Shown one piece after another: positions 36,431 through 46,454 of a stretch of 64,000 bases of DNA; within the stretch, counting starts at the first letter, position 1; the number at the start of each line of letters is the position of its first letter. The position numbers and the translations under genes are program-made. The notes under the pieces are model-generated. The model was not told the DNA's origin, ran no database searches, and saw nothing but the letters and a program-made list of their open reading frames with translations. This DNA comes from Eubacteriales bacterium (GTDB taxonomy: Bacteria; Bacillota; Clostridia; Oscillospirales; SIG627): NCBI GenBank assembly GCA_045602025.1, contig JAZSAT010000011.1:11173-75172 (forward strand). The letters run 5' to 3'.

Positions 36431-37087
36431 ATGAAAAAACTTATCATTTTTGATTTGGACGGAACCTTATTTGATACCACCCGTTCTATGGTCGCCTGCG
36501 GAAATGAGGCTCTTGAGAAACTGGGTCTTCCTCTTCTTTCCGCAAAGGATTACGCCCGTTTTTCCGGTGCAGGTGTAGAGGGCTATGTCCATGCTATTTT
36601 AGAGGCGGCAGGGGACAAGGAGCATAAAAATGCCCAGATCTTCTGGCAGTATTACACAAGCAAAAACGAAGCGGATCAAATGGACCTGATCACGCCTTAC
36701 AAGGGAATCACGGAGCTTCTTTCTTCTTTGAAGAAAAAGGGAATTACCCTTGCCGTGCTCTCTAACAAAAACGAGGAGGCCTGCGTCCCCATTGTTCACG
36801 CGGTATTCGGTAAAGAGGTATTTGATGTGATCTGGGGTGATAAAGAAGGCTTTTGCCCCAAGCCTGATCCTAAGAATGTTTTTGCGCTCATGGACCTTTT
36901 TTCCGTAAAAGGTGAAGAGTGTCTTTATGTGGGGGATACCCAAGTGGATATGAAAACGGGCAAAAATGCAAAGATCGATACGGTGGCAGTTCTTTGGGGC
37001 TACCGGGAAAAGAAGGATCTGGAACCCTTCTCTCCCGAATATTTTGCAGAAAAGCCCCTGGATATTCTTTCTATTTTGGATGAATAA
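36431..37087 (+). CDS. HAD-IA hydrolase
   Basis: FDLDGTLFDT, LSNK, KPDP, YVGD. Confidence 0.9.
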   Translation: MKKLIIFDLDGTLFDTTRSMVACGNEALEKLGLPLLSAKDYARFSGAGVEGYVHAILEAAGDKEHKNAQIFWQYYTSKNEADQMDLITPYKGITELLSSLKKKGITLAVLSNKNEEACVPIVHAVFGKEVFDVIWGDKEGFCPKPDPKNVFALMDLFSVKGEECLYVGDTQVDMKTGKNAKIDTVAVLWGYREKKDLEPFSPEYFAEKPLDILSILDE

Positions 37088-37093
37088 AGAAAT

Positions 37094-37128
37094 GAAAAGC
37101 CAAGCAGCAATTTGCTGCTTGGCTTTTT
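37094..37128. terminator. Bidirectional terminator
   Basis: AAAAGCCAAGCAGCAA-t-TTGCTGCTTGGCTTTT. Confidence 0.8.
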
Positions 37129-37131
37129 ATA

Positions 37132-38148
37132 TCAATATTTTTGTGATTCTTTTAAATATCCGATATCCATTAAAATTTCATTGATCTCGTTGAAAGAATT
37201 TGTTGAAAGGGCATAAATGACAGTGTCGTTCTGATACATAACAAGGTAATGCATACCGTTTTTTGCAAAGGTAAACATTTTGCTGCCTCCCGGAAGCACG
37301 GTTTCGTGCTTTTTACGCTCAGAAGGCTCCATCTCCGGCGCAGTAAGATATACAATTTGGTTATATACCAGATCAACCGTTTCACCATCTGAATATCCGT
37401 AAAATTCAAACTTGTTTTCCCCCTTAACTCCGGCAGCTACATGGAGAAGCTTGTCTTCATCCAACTCCCAGTAAGTGGTGGGGATATTTGCGGTTTCATA
37501 GCCTTTTTCTTCAAGAAGGGTGATCAGATCTGCCCGTATTGAGATTGCTGTCTTTTGAGACGGCATATCCTGAGAATATCTTTGGGGCTGTGTGAGACCT
37601 GCGATTCCAAGCATAAAAAAGAGCAAAATTCCAAAGAAAAAGATTCCCACAAGTGCGTAAACGATGATATTTTTTACCTGATTTTTTTCGCCTTCTTCTT
37701 TTTCTTGTACTTTGTTTGAAATTGGAAGGGGGTGCTTCTTTTTGTAATTTCTACCAAAAAGAAAAAGAAGCGTGTTGATCACTACAAGGATAAGATTTCC
37801 GAGAAAAGCGTATTTTACCTTGTCAATATGAAGAGCGGCAAAGGCAGCGATATTAAGTGCCACAAGGCCGGGAAGTGTACATATTCCAAAGGCCCACAAA
37901 AGCCGGATGGATTTTTGCGGGTCGGAGCTTTGCTTTTTGAAGAATTTTATAAAAAAACGCTGTTTTTTCCTTAAGCGGTGTCTTCCGATGCTTGAAAAAG
38001 GACGCTCGGAAGAGGTTTTTTCCAAAAATTCCCTGAAGGTCATTCCCGTTAAATTCAGTGCTTCTTGAAAAAGCCAAAAAGCACAGTAAAGATTTACCGG
38101 GAGGAGGATAATGGAAAGAATCATATTGAATATTTGATATGTTACCAT
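37132..38148 (-). CDS. Hypothetical membrane protein
   Basis: 338 aa, about four TM segments and a soluble C-terminal domain; no family recognised. Confidence 0.65.
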   Translation of the reverse strand: MVTYQIFNMILSIILLPVNLYCAFWLFQEALNLTGMTFREFLEKTSSERPFSSIGRHRLRKKQRFFIKFFKKQSSDPQKSIRLLWAFGICTLPGLVALNIAAFAALHIDKVKYAFLGNLILVVINTLLFLFGRNYKKKHPLPISNKVQEKEEGEKNQVKNIIVYALVGIFFFGILLFFMLGIAGLTQPQRYSQDMPSQKTAISIRADLITLLEEKGYETANIPTTYWELDEDKLLHVAAGVKGENKFEFYGYSDGETVDLVYNQIVYLTAPEMEPSERKKHETVLPGGSKMFTFAKNGMHYLVMYQNDTVIYALSTNSFNEINEILMDIGYLKESQKY

Positions 38149-38268
38149 TTTACAAGGGATGCCTTTCGTAATCGGTCTTGCAGGCTATATATTATCATAT
38201 ATGATCAAGGTTTGCAAGAAGATGCCCAACAGCTGTGCTGTTGGGCATAGAATACTTATTTGGCTTTT

Positions 38269-39057
38269 TTATTTTCCTTCCGCCAAGCGAACGATATCAC
38301 CTACACCGTCAAGAACCACAGAGGGGCGGTAACCGAAGGTTTTTAAGGTTTCCTTGGAGGAAACTCCCGACAGGACCAGAACGGTGGACATGCCGCTTTC
38401 AAGGCCGGATATGACATCTGTATCCATACGGTCGCCTACCATAACCGCCTCACCCGAATGGCAGTTTAAAAGCTTCAGGCCGGTTCGCATCATTAAAGGA
38501 TTTGGCTTTCCGCAGAAATATGCCTTCTTTCCCGTAGCGATCTCAATGGGGGAAACCAAAGCACCGCAAGCGGGGGCAATGCCGTTTTCAATGGGACCGG
38601 AAACATCGGAATTGGTGCCGATGAGCTTTGCGCCGCCCAAAACGAGATTGGTGGCCTTGGTAATGGTTTCCAAAGAGTAGGTCTTGCCTTCTCCCACTAC
38701 CACATAATCGGGATTGATATCGTTCATGGTAATGCCTGCATCGTAAAGGGCACCCCACAGACCTGCCTCGCCGATGGCGTAAACGCTGCAGCCCGGTGCT
38801 TGCTCCTTAAGAAAGGACGCGGTGGCAAGGGCACTGGTGTAAAAATGATCTTCAGAGACCTCAAGACCCATGCGAAAAAGCTTCTGCTGAAGTTCTTTTG
38901 TGGTGTATCCGCTGTTATTGGTCAAAAAAAGATATTCTTTTTTCTCACGATTCAGCCAGTCGATAAATACTTTTACACCGGGCAGAATCTTGTTACCGTG
39001 ATAAATGACACCGTCCATATCACAGATAAAGCCCTTTTTCTCATTGAAATTCAGCAT
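38269..39057 (-). CDS. HAD-IIA hydrolase (NagD-like)
   Basis: DMDGVIY, LTNN, GKP, VGDRMDTD, LVLSG. Confidence 0.92.
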   Translation of the reverse strand: MLNFNEKKGFICDMDGVIYHGNKILPGVKVFIDWLNREKKEYLFLTNNSGYTTKELQQKLFRMGLEVSEDHFYTSALATASFLKEQAPGCSVYAIGEAGLWGALYDAGITMNDINPDYVVVGEGKTYSLETITKATNLVLGGAKLIGTNSDVSGPIENGIAPACGALVSPIEIATGKKAYFCGKPNPLMMRTGLKLLNCHSGEAVMVGDRMDTDVISGLESGMSTVLVLSGVSSKETLKTFGYRPSVVLDGVGDIVRLAEGK

Positions 39058-39154
39058 TTTTTCACCTCTTCTTAGAATTTACATTTTTATTATATCGCAT
39101 TTTTTATAAAAAGAAAAGTCTTTTTAAAAAAAGGGAGCAATTTGCTCCCTTTTT

Positions 39155-40879
39155 TTATTCCGCTTCTTTTTTTATTTCTTCGTGACGCTTTACCTTTGCG
39201 GTGCTTGTCTTGATGAGAGGCTGAGTCTGGAAGGTCAAATGCTTGATGTGCTTGTACCCGGGAAGGGTCTCGTTGATCTTAACGATCTCAGATTTCATAA
39301 AGGCTGCGAAATCCTCCTCGGTACCCTCGGGCAATTTTTCACGGAAGAATTCTTTTGAGTAAACGATCTTGGCAGAAACCAAAAGATCGTCCTCCTTTTT
39401 CTTGCCGTATACCATTACCTCGCTGACGAAGGGGAGCTTTGAGATCAAAGCTTCCAATTCCTCGGGATATACATTTTTACCGCTCTTTAGTACCAGAACA
39501 TTCTTTTTTCTTCCTGTGATAAAGATAAAACCGTCTTCGTCGATCCTGCCAAGGTCACCGGTAAAGAATTTGCCGTCCTTTAATACGGCCGCTGTTTCTT
39601 CGGGCATTTCATAGTAGCCCAGCATCACATTGCCGCCCTTTGCCGCGATCTCGCCAATACCCTCTTCATTCGGATTTTCGATGGTGATCTCAACGGAGGG
39701 GAAGGCTTTTCCAACAGAGCCGTATCTCATATCCTTGGGGTTTTCTGCGGTGAGAACGGGGCTTGTTTCCGTCAGGCCGTAGCCTTGTACGGTGAGAATG
39801 CCGAAATCATTGAAGCCTTTTGCAACATTTTTGTCAATGGCGGAAGCACCGCTGATGATAAAGCGGATCTCTCCTCCAAGCTCATCCAGAATGCTTTTGA
39901 ATAGCTTTCTTCTGGCATCAATTCCCACCTTCATAAGACCTTCGCTGATCTTCAGAGCGTTTTTTACGGTTTTTGTCATGCCTTTTTTCTCAATACCGCG
40001 CCAGATATTGCGGTACATTACTTCCAAAAGAAGGGGAACGCAAACAAAGGTGGTGATCTTGTATTCCTTCAGATTTTTTTGCACATGGCGAAGGCCGTCG
40101 CAGAACATATTGGTCGTACCGGATGCGAGAAAATAGGTGAGGCCTACACTTCCGAAGGTGTGATGCAGGGGAAGGAATACGAGATTTCGATCTCCCGGAT
40201 AGATATTTTCTACCGACAAAAGATCGTAGAGGTTGGTTGCGATGTTGCGGTTGGACAGCATCACTGCTTTTGCGGCGGAGGTGGTGCCTGAGGTGAAGAT
40301 AATGGATGCAATGGCATCGGGATCGGGAGAATAGGAGTCGAAGGAGTCAAAGGCATCCTTTCTTTGCAGATAAAGATCTCCCATCTCTTCAATTTCGGCA
40401 ATGCTGGGAAGATCGGAAAAAAGCTTTTTGGTGCTGATAAAATGCTCAATGCCGAATTTCTTTTCTTTTGCAAGGCTGTACATCAGATCCTTGTGTTTAT
40501 CGTCGAAAACCACGGCATCTGCGCGGCTTCTTTCGAGAGAGAGAAGGATCTCCGATTCGGTAAGCTCTTTATCCAAGGGAACGATCACACCTACCCCGCA
40601 AAGAACGGAAAGATAGGTGAGGATCCATTCGTAGGAATTGAATCCGATCAGAGCCACTCTTTTGCCGGAAAGTCCAAGGGAGGCAAGACCCGAGCCGAAA
40701 CGGCGCATCTCCTGCCAAAAGCTGTGATAGGTAATGCTGCGGTAATGAGCCTTCTCTGCGTTTTCTTCCGTTTTCAGAACAAAGGCGTCAAGATCACTGT
40801 AGAGGTGAACCGCATCCATGATATAATCACGAATCAATTCGTGCTTTTGTGCTTCTTTCAAGATCGTTAGATGGTTCAT
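39155..40879 (-). CDS. Long-chain acyl-CoA synthetase (AMP-binding)
   Basis: FTSGTT..AK, QGYGLTE, TGDLG, GRKKN, GKNVYPEE. Confidence 0.9.
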   Translation of the reverse strand: MNHLTILKEAQKHELIRDYIMDAVHLYSDLDAFVLKTEENAEKAHYRSITYHSFWQEMRRFGSGLASLGLSGKRVALIGFNSYEWILTYLSVLCGVGVIVPLDKELTESEILLSLERSRADAVVFDDKHKDLMYSLAKEKKFGIEHFISTKKLFSDLPSIAEIEEMGDLYLQRKDAFDSFDSYSPDPDAIASIIFTSGTTSAAKAVMLSNRNIATNLYDLLSVENIYPGDRNLVFLPLHHTFGSVGLTYFLASGTTNMFCDGLRHVQKNLKEYKITTFVCVPLLLEVMYRNIWRGIEKKGMTKTVKNALKISEGLMKVGIDARRKLFKSILDELGGEIRFIISGASAIDKNVAKGFNDFGILTVQGYGLTETSPVLTAENPKDMRYGSVGKAFPSVEITIENPNEEGIGEIAAKGGNVMLGYYEMPEETAAVLKDGKFFTGDLGRIDEDGFIFITGRKKNVLVLKSGKNVYPEELEALISKLPFVSEVMVYGKKKEDDLLVSAKIVYSKEFFREKLPEGTEEDFAAFMKSEIVKINETLPGYKHIKHLTFQTQPLIKTSTAKVKRHEEIKKEAE

Positions 40880-41040
40880 AAAAATCTCCTATCTGGTATT
40901 TAAAACCATGTTATCAAATGTTCTTGACTTTGTCAATGCGTTTTTGAAAAATATTCCATAATGAAATTTGTCTTAAAAGCCTTGTGCTTCCTTTTGGTAT
41001 GTGATAAAATGGGAAAAAAATATGAAAAGGAGGAAAGAAA

Positions 41041-42321
41041 ATGGGAAACAGAAAAACAGATCGAAAATGGCTTCGGCTGGATAACGCGGCGAAGATATTT
41101 CCTGCGTCCATGCGTTCCACCTGGAGCAATGTTTTCCGTCTTTCCATAACCTTTTACGATAAAGTAGAAGTTTCTGCCTTGAAAAGGGCTGTGAAAAAAA
41201 TTACCCCCCGCTTTCCTTCGGTTTGTGTCCGCTTGGGAAGAGGTCTTTTTTGGTATTATCTGGAGGAAAGCAAGGATCCTTCCGTTTTGGCGGAGGGCTG
41301 TCAGCCTCTTCTTCCCATGAGAAAAAAAGAAATGGCAAGATCTGCCCTTCGGATCCTGTATTTTGAGAACCGTATCGCTGTGGAGTTTTTTCACGCTCTG
41401 ACGGACGGCACCGGTGCTCTTGTATTTATTAAAAATCTTGCCGCTGCCTATCTTGAGGAACGCTATGGAGAAGAGATCCCCAAAACCGATGGGATCCTGT
41501 CTTTTTCCGAAAGTCCGAAAAAGGAAGAAATGGAGGACGCTTTTTTACGCTACGCAGGAGAGAATTTGGCAAAAAGAGAAACGGAGTCTGCCTTCTCCTT
41601 GAAGGGGATTCCGGAGCCTGACGGCTTTTTGCATGTGACCACGGCGACCGTTCCCCTGTCCGATGCGCTGCGCCTTTCCAAGGAAAAAGGGGTAAGCCTT
41701 ACGACCCTTTTGTCTGCGGCTCTTTGCTTAAATTTAGCGAAGATCCAAAAGAAAAAGGTAGCAAAAAATAAAGAAAAAGCAGTGCGTATTCAGATTCCTG
41801 TCAATTTGAGAAAGCATTTTCCTTCCGAAACCCTACGGAATTTTGTTGCTGTTTACAATGTGGGAATGGAGAAGGGAGAGACCGATGCGGATTTTGACGA
41901 GATCCTTTCCCGCATTCATCATCAGATGGCACTGTTCAATACCCCCCGCAATCTCCGCGCTGTTTTCTCTACCAATGTAAACAGTGAAAAAGGACTTGGC
42001 ATTCGCCTTGTTCCCCTCTTTTTAAAGAATATTGTGATGCGCGCGGTCTTTGATCGGGTGGGGGAGAGCCTTGCCTGTCTCTGCCTTTCCAACCTCGGTC
42101 CCGTAAAGCTTCCCGAGAAGATGGCGGAAAAGATCTCCCGTTTTGATTTTATTATCGGTCCTCAGGCAAAAGCACCCTATAACTGTGGTGTGGTAAGCTT
42201 TGGGAACGAACTTCGTATCAGCCTTGTAAGAAACACGGTAGAGCCTGAGCTTGAGAGGGAATTTTTCCCCTTCCTTTCTTCCTTGGGACTTCCTGTTACT
42301 CTGGAAAGCAACGAGAGGTAA
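41041..42321 (+). CDS. Alcohol acetyltransferase / condensation-fold acyltransferase
   Basis: LDNAAKIFP, FHALTDGTG (HxxxDG), PVNLRKHFPSETLRNF, SNLG. Confidence 0.75.
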   Translation: MGNRKTDRKWLRLDNAAKIFPASMRSTWSNVFRLSITFYDKVEVSALKRAVKKITPRFPSVCVRLGRGLFWYYLEESKDPSVLAEGCQPLLPMRKKEMARSALRILYFENRIAVEFFHALTDGTGALVFIKNLAAAYLEERYGEEIPKTDGILSFSESPKKEEMEDAFLRYAGENLAKRETESAFSLKGIPEPDGFLHVTTATVPLSDALRLSKEKGVSLTTLLSAALCLNLAKIQKKKVAKNKEKAVRIQIPVNLRKHFPSETLRNFVAVYNVGMEKGETDADFDEILSRIHHQMALFNTPRNLRAVFSTNVNSEKGLGIRLVPLFLKNIVMRAVFDRVGESLACLCLSNLGPVKLPEKMAEKISRFDFIIGPQAKAPYNCGVVSFGNELRISLVRNTVEPELEREFFPFLSSLGLPVTLESNER

Positions 42322-42323
42322 CT

Positions 42324-43010
42324 ATGTATTGTATGAAATGCGGTGTCCGCCTTCAGGATACCGAGAAAAAATGCCCCCTGTGCGGATTTTCCCTGCCGGA
42401 GATCTCCCCTATCCAAAAGGGAACCTATCCTTCGGTAAAAAGACCCCGCGATCGGGAGGATTTCAGAGGGCTTCTTCTATTTGTTACGCTGATTCTTTTC
42501 GGCGCAGGTGGCGCGGTATTTGCGGCGGATATGATCCTTGGCGGCGGTGTGACCTTCTCCGGCTTGGTGCTGTTTTCTCTTCTTTTGTTTTACGCCGCTT
42601 TTCTTCTGCCCCGTTGGTTTCGCCGTCCCAATCCTGTGGTTTTTTTACCCATCTTTTGTCTTTGTCTCGGCGTGTTTTTATTCTATCTTGATTTCTTTTA
42701 CGGAAATGGGTGGTTTTTCCCCTTTGCACTTCCTTTGTTGGGAGGTGTTCTGATACTTTTGGAAACGGTGATCACCCTTGCCCGCTATGTTCATAAAGGA
42801 TATTTTTACATTTACGGTGGTTTCTTTTTGGGTCTGGGGGTGCTTTCCCTTGTAGGGGAGATCTTGTATCGTGCTTATGCTCATCTTCCCGTGATGCTGA
42901 CCTGGTCTCTGATCCCGCTGATCTTCTTTTCCCTGGTGGGACTCGGACTGATCGTAATTGCCATTGTAAGACCCTTCCGTGCTTTCATAGAACGCAGATT
43001 TTTCGTTTGA
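42324..43010 (+). CDS. Zinc-ribbon membrane protein (DUF6320-like)
   Basis: CMKCG...CPLC followed by about six TM segments. Confidence 0.7.
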   Translation: MYCMKCGVRLQDTEKKCPLCGFSLPEISPIQKGTYPSVKRPRDREDFRGLLLFVTLILFGAGGAVFAADMILGGGVTFSGLVLFSLLLFYAAFLLPRWFRRPNPVVFLPIFCLCLGVFLFYLDFFYGNGWFFPFALPLLGGVLILLETVITLARYVHKGYFYIYGGFFLGLGVLSLVGEILYRAYAHLPVMLTWSLIPLIFFSLVGLGLIVIAIVRPFRAFIERRFFV

Positions 43011-43011
43011 C

Positions 43012-43030
43012 CTTAAGAGAATATTAAGAT
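43012..43030 (+). promoter_or_regulatory. Possible OmpR-type direct repeat
   Basis: TTAAGA repeated at 11-bp spacing upstream of the response regulator. Confidence 0.4.
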
Positions 43031-43086
43031 TTTAACTCATTTTTTCTTAAACCTTTTTTTGATAAGATGTCTTCGGAGGTGAAAAA

Positions 43087-43800
43087 ATGCATAATATTTT
43101 AATTTGCGACGATGAAAAAGATATCGTTTCTGCCTTGAAGATCTATCTTTCGGCAGAAGGGTATCAGACCTTTGAAGCCTATAACGGAAAAGAGGCTCTT
43201 TCTGTTCTGGAGAAAAATGATATTCACCTGGTGCTTCTCGACATTATGATGCCCGAGATGGATGGAATGAGTGCCTTATCTCTTCTGAGGGAAAAATTCA
43301 ATCTTCCCGTGATCCTGATCAGTGCAAAATCAGAGGATACCGATAAGGTCTTAGGCCTGAATGTAGGGGCAGACGACTATATTACAAAGCCCTTTAATCC
43401 CGTGGAGGTCCTTGCCAGGATCCGTTCTCAGCTCCGCAGATATACAAAGCTGGGTTCCATGGAAGAAAAAGCAGAGGAGAAAAAAGAGGATGCCCTCACA
43501 GTGGGAGACATTACGCTTTTCGACGACAGGAAAGAGGTCTTTTTGCTTGGGGAAGCGGTTCTTTTAACTCCTACGGAATTTGAGATCTTAAAGCTTTTGA
43601 TGCAAAACCCGGGCAAGGTTCTTTCTCCGAAAAAGATCTATGAAGCGGTGTGGAATCAGTCCCCCTTCGGTGCGGAAAATACCGTAGCCGTTCACATCCG
43701 TCACCTGCGGGAAAAGATCGAGATCGATCCCGCTTCTCCCCGATACCTGAAGGTGGTTTGGGGACAGGGATATAAATTGGAAAAGGGGGACATGAAATGA
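43087..43800 (+). CDS. OmpR-family response regulator
   Basis: CDDE, LDIMMP, GADDYITKPF, VHIRHLREK, VWGQGY. Confidence 0.93.
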   Translation: MHNILICDDEKDIVSALKIYLSAEGYQTFEAYNGKEALSVLEKNDIHLVLLDIMMPEMDGMSALSLLREKFNLPVILISAKSEDTDKVLGLNVGADDYITKPFNPVEVLARIRSQLRRYTKLGSMEEKAEEKKEDALTVGDITLFDDRKEVFLLGEAVLLTPTEFEILKLLMQNPGKVLSPKKIYEAVWNQSPFGAENTVAVHIRHLREKIEIDPASPRYLKVVWGQGYKLEKGDMK

Positions 43801-45674
43801 AAAAATGTGTTTTCAGCCTTCCCATCAAATTTCTTGCCATCCTTCTTGCGATTCTTTGTATTTTTTCGGCCATCGTGTCGGGCTTTGGTGTGTTCTGTCT
43901 TTTGATGCAGGACGGCTATTACTATTCTTATAACAAAATGCAGCAGAGGATCCTTGAAGTTCAGTACGGACATCTCTGCCATTCCATTGCTTACATCTAC
44001 CACGAAAATTTTCACGATAGCAACGAGGCTATTGAGGCAAATCTTTTTCATTTAAAGGATGCGGCGGTGGACTTCAACTGCACGGTATCGTCTTTAAGAG
44101 ACGTGCTTTACTCGGACGTAAACGAGTCTTCTTCCCAGGAGTACGTTGCTGCCTTTTCCGAGCGGATCTATATTGAGTCCGATTCGATTTATGAGCAGGA
44201 ATCGGTTTACGATATCACGGTCTATTTAAAGGAGCCTGCGCCGGGAAGCGGTCTTGATACAAAGCTTGAGATCCTCGAGATCTTTTATTCTATGCGCTAT
44301 TCCCTTATCTGGATCTTTTCTTCCTGCACCCTGGGTGCGATCCTTCTTTTGATCTACCTTTCCTTTGCCGCAGGCAGATGGGGAGAAAACCCTCCGAAAT
44401 TGAGGCTTTTTGATAAGATCCCCTTGGAATTTTACATTCTCGGCGGTGTGCTTGCCTTTTTCCTTGAGATAGGCTTTATTGATATTGCTCCCTCGCAGAT
44501 CTGGTTCTGCCTTATAGCGGCCGTGCTGTTTATTCTTGCGGATGCGGCACTGGTGGTCCTCTTCTTTATGACCCTTGCCGCAAGAATCAAAACCAAATGC
44601 TTTTTTGAAACCACTCTTGTGGGAAAGATCTGGTTTCTTGCGAAAAAATACGCCCATCTTTTCCGCCGTTTTTGGGAAGATATGCGGCTGGTGCCCAAGC
44701 TTGTTTTGATTTTAGGTGCAACAGCCCTTTTTGATCTTATCCTTGCAGACGTGATTTTCTATATTCAGTTTTATGTGGTGCTTCTGATCGAAGGGCTTTG
44801 TCTCGCGGGCTTTCTTATCTGGTACGGCGCCTCCTTGCAGCATCTGAAACAGGACCAGGAGATCCTTGCAGACGGAAAGCTTGACCACCGCTGTGATACC
44901 CAAAGGCTTCCCTACGGCCTTCGATCCTTGGGGGATGCCATGAATCGCTCCGCAGAAGGAATGGAAAAGGCGGTGGAGGAAAAGATCAAGAGTGAACGGT
45001 TTAAAACGGAACTGATTACAAACGTTTCTCACGATATCAAAACGCCCTTGACCTCTATTATCAACTACGTGGATCTGATAAAAAAGGAAGAGATTGAAAA
45101 CGAAAAGATCAAAGAATACGTGGAGGTTCTGGAAAGACACTCCGCCAGGCTGAAGAAGCTTACGGAGGATCTTGTGGAGTCCTCCAAGGCAGCAAGCGGA
45201 ATCCTTCCTATGGAAATTATTCGGTGCGACGTAGGCGTTCTTTTGGAGCAGGCCCTTGGGGAATACCAAAGTGCTTTTGAAGAAAAGGGTCTCATCCCTT
45301 GCTTTTCTCTGCCCGAGGAGAGCGTGTATATTCTTGCCGACGGCAAACGCCTTTGGCGTGTGATGGATAATCTCCTGCGAAATATTGAAAAATATGCCCT
45401 TTCCGGCACCAGAGTCTACGTGAATTTAGAGGAAAAAGACGGAAAGGTTCAGATCATTTTCCGAAATATTTCTGCCCAGCCCATCCCTGTTTCGGGGGAA
45501 TATTTGTCGGAAAGGTTTGTAAGAGGAGATCTTTCCAGAAATACGGAAGGATCGGGGCTCGGTCTCGCCATTGCCAAAAGCCTTGTGGAATTACAAAAGG
45601 GAAGTCTTACTGTTACGGTAGACGGTGACCTTTTTAAAGCAGTCATTGAATTTTACAGCGATCAGGAGCGATAA
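43797..45674 (+). CDS. Multi-TM sensor histidine kinase
   Basis: NVSHDIKTPLT, NIEKY, ERFVRGD.SR, GSGLGL. Confidence 0.92.
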   Translation: MKKCVFSLPIKFLAILLAILCIFSAIVSGFGVFCLLMQDGYYYSYNKMQQRILEVQYGHLCHSIAYIYHENFHDSNEAIEANLFHLKDAAVDFNCTVSSLRDVLYSDVNESSSQEYVAAFSERIYIESDSIYEQESVYDITVYLKEPAPGSGLDTKLEILEIFYSMRYSLIWIFSSCTLGAILLLIYLSFAAGRWGENPPKLRLFDKIPLEFYILGGVLAFFLEIGFIDIAPSQIWFCLIAAVLFILADAALVVLFFMTLAARIKTKCFFETTLVGKIWFLAKKYAHLFRRFWEDMRLVPKLVLILGATALFDLILADVIFYIQFYVVLLIEGLCLAGFLIWYGASLQHLKQDQEILADGKLDHRCDTQRLPYGLRSLGDAMNRSAEGMEKAVEEKIKSERFKTELITNVSHDIKTPLTSIINYVDLIKKEEIENEKIKEYVEVLERHSARLKKLTEDLVESSKAASGILPMEIIRCDVGVLLEQALGEYQSAFEEKGLIPCFSLPEESVYILADGKRLWRVMDNLLRNIEKYALSGTRVYVNLEEKDGKVQIIFRNISAQPIPVSGEYLSERFVRGDLSRNTEGSGLGLAIAKSLVELQKGSLTVTVDGDLFKAVIEFYSDQER

Positions 45675-45683
45675 AAGATAAAA

Positions 45684-46454
45684 ATGAAAAGTCCCGTAAA
45701 AGAAATCCTGGAAACGGAAGAAAAAAAAGACATTCTCTCAAACGAGGAGCAGGCTCAGACTGCTAAAGCTTTGCCGCCTGAGGAAAAAAGAAAAGGGAAT
45801 TTTTCTCTTTTTTCTCTTCTTGTGCCCGTTCTTTGCTTTTTTGTTCTGTTTTTGGGGATTCTTTTGGGAAAAGCCTTCAGCAAGCCGCAGACAGAAGAGA
45901 TGCCTGCGGCGCAAGAGGAGGATGTTCGGGAAGAAGAGGCAGAAGTAGAGCGTTACGGCTTTCCCGAATGGATTACGCCCGTGGTCCTTACCCTGGACGG
46001 CGTCAGCCGCAGCGGAGAAAAGCTTGAGGCGGTACGGGACATTGCGGTGCATTATGTGGCAAATCCCGGCAGTACAGCCATGGCCAACCGTGACTATTTT
46101 GAAGGACCCGATTCCTCCACCAGCGCACATTTTATCGTAGGGCTTGACGGGGAGATCCTTCTTTTGATCCCGCCTGATGAAAGAAGCTGTGCTACCAACA
46201 AAAGAAATATCGATACCCTTTCCGTGGAGGTGTGTCATCCGGACGAAACGGGTGTGTTTTTGCCTGAGACAAGAGAAAGTCTTGTCAGGCTTCTTGCCCA
46301 TCTTTGTGTTCGTTTTGATCTGACGGAGGAAAATCTGATCCGCCACTACGATGTAACGGGGAAAATGTGTCCTCTCTATTATGTTGAAAATCCTTTGGAA
46401 TGGGAAGCATTAAAAGAGGATGTAAAAAATAAAATACAGGAGGGAGAAATTTGA
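45684..46454 (+). CDS. Membrane-anchored N-acetylmuramoyl-L-alanine amidase (Amidase_2)
   Basis: TM anchor; VHYVAN, SAHF, EVCH, RHYDVTGKMCP. Confidence 0.85.
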   Translation: MKSPVKEILETEEKKDILSNEEQAQTAKALPPEEKRKGNFSLFSLLVPVLCFFVLFLGILLGKAFSKPQTEEMPAAQEEDVREEEAEVERYGFPEWITPVVLTLDGVSRSGEKLEAVRDIAVHYVANPGSTAMANRDYFEGPDSSTSAHFIVGLDGEILLLIPPDERSCATNKRNIDTLSVEVCHPDETGVFLPETRESLVRLLAHLCVRFDLTEENLIRHYDVTGKMCPLYYVENPLEWEALKEDVKNKIQEGEI

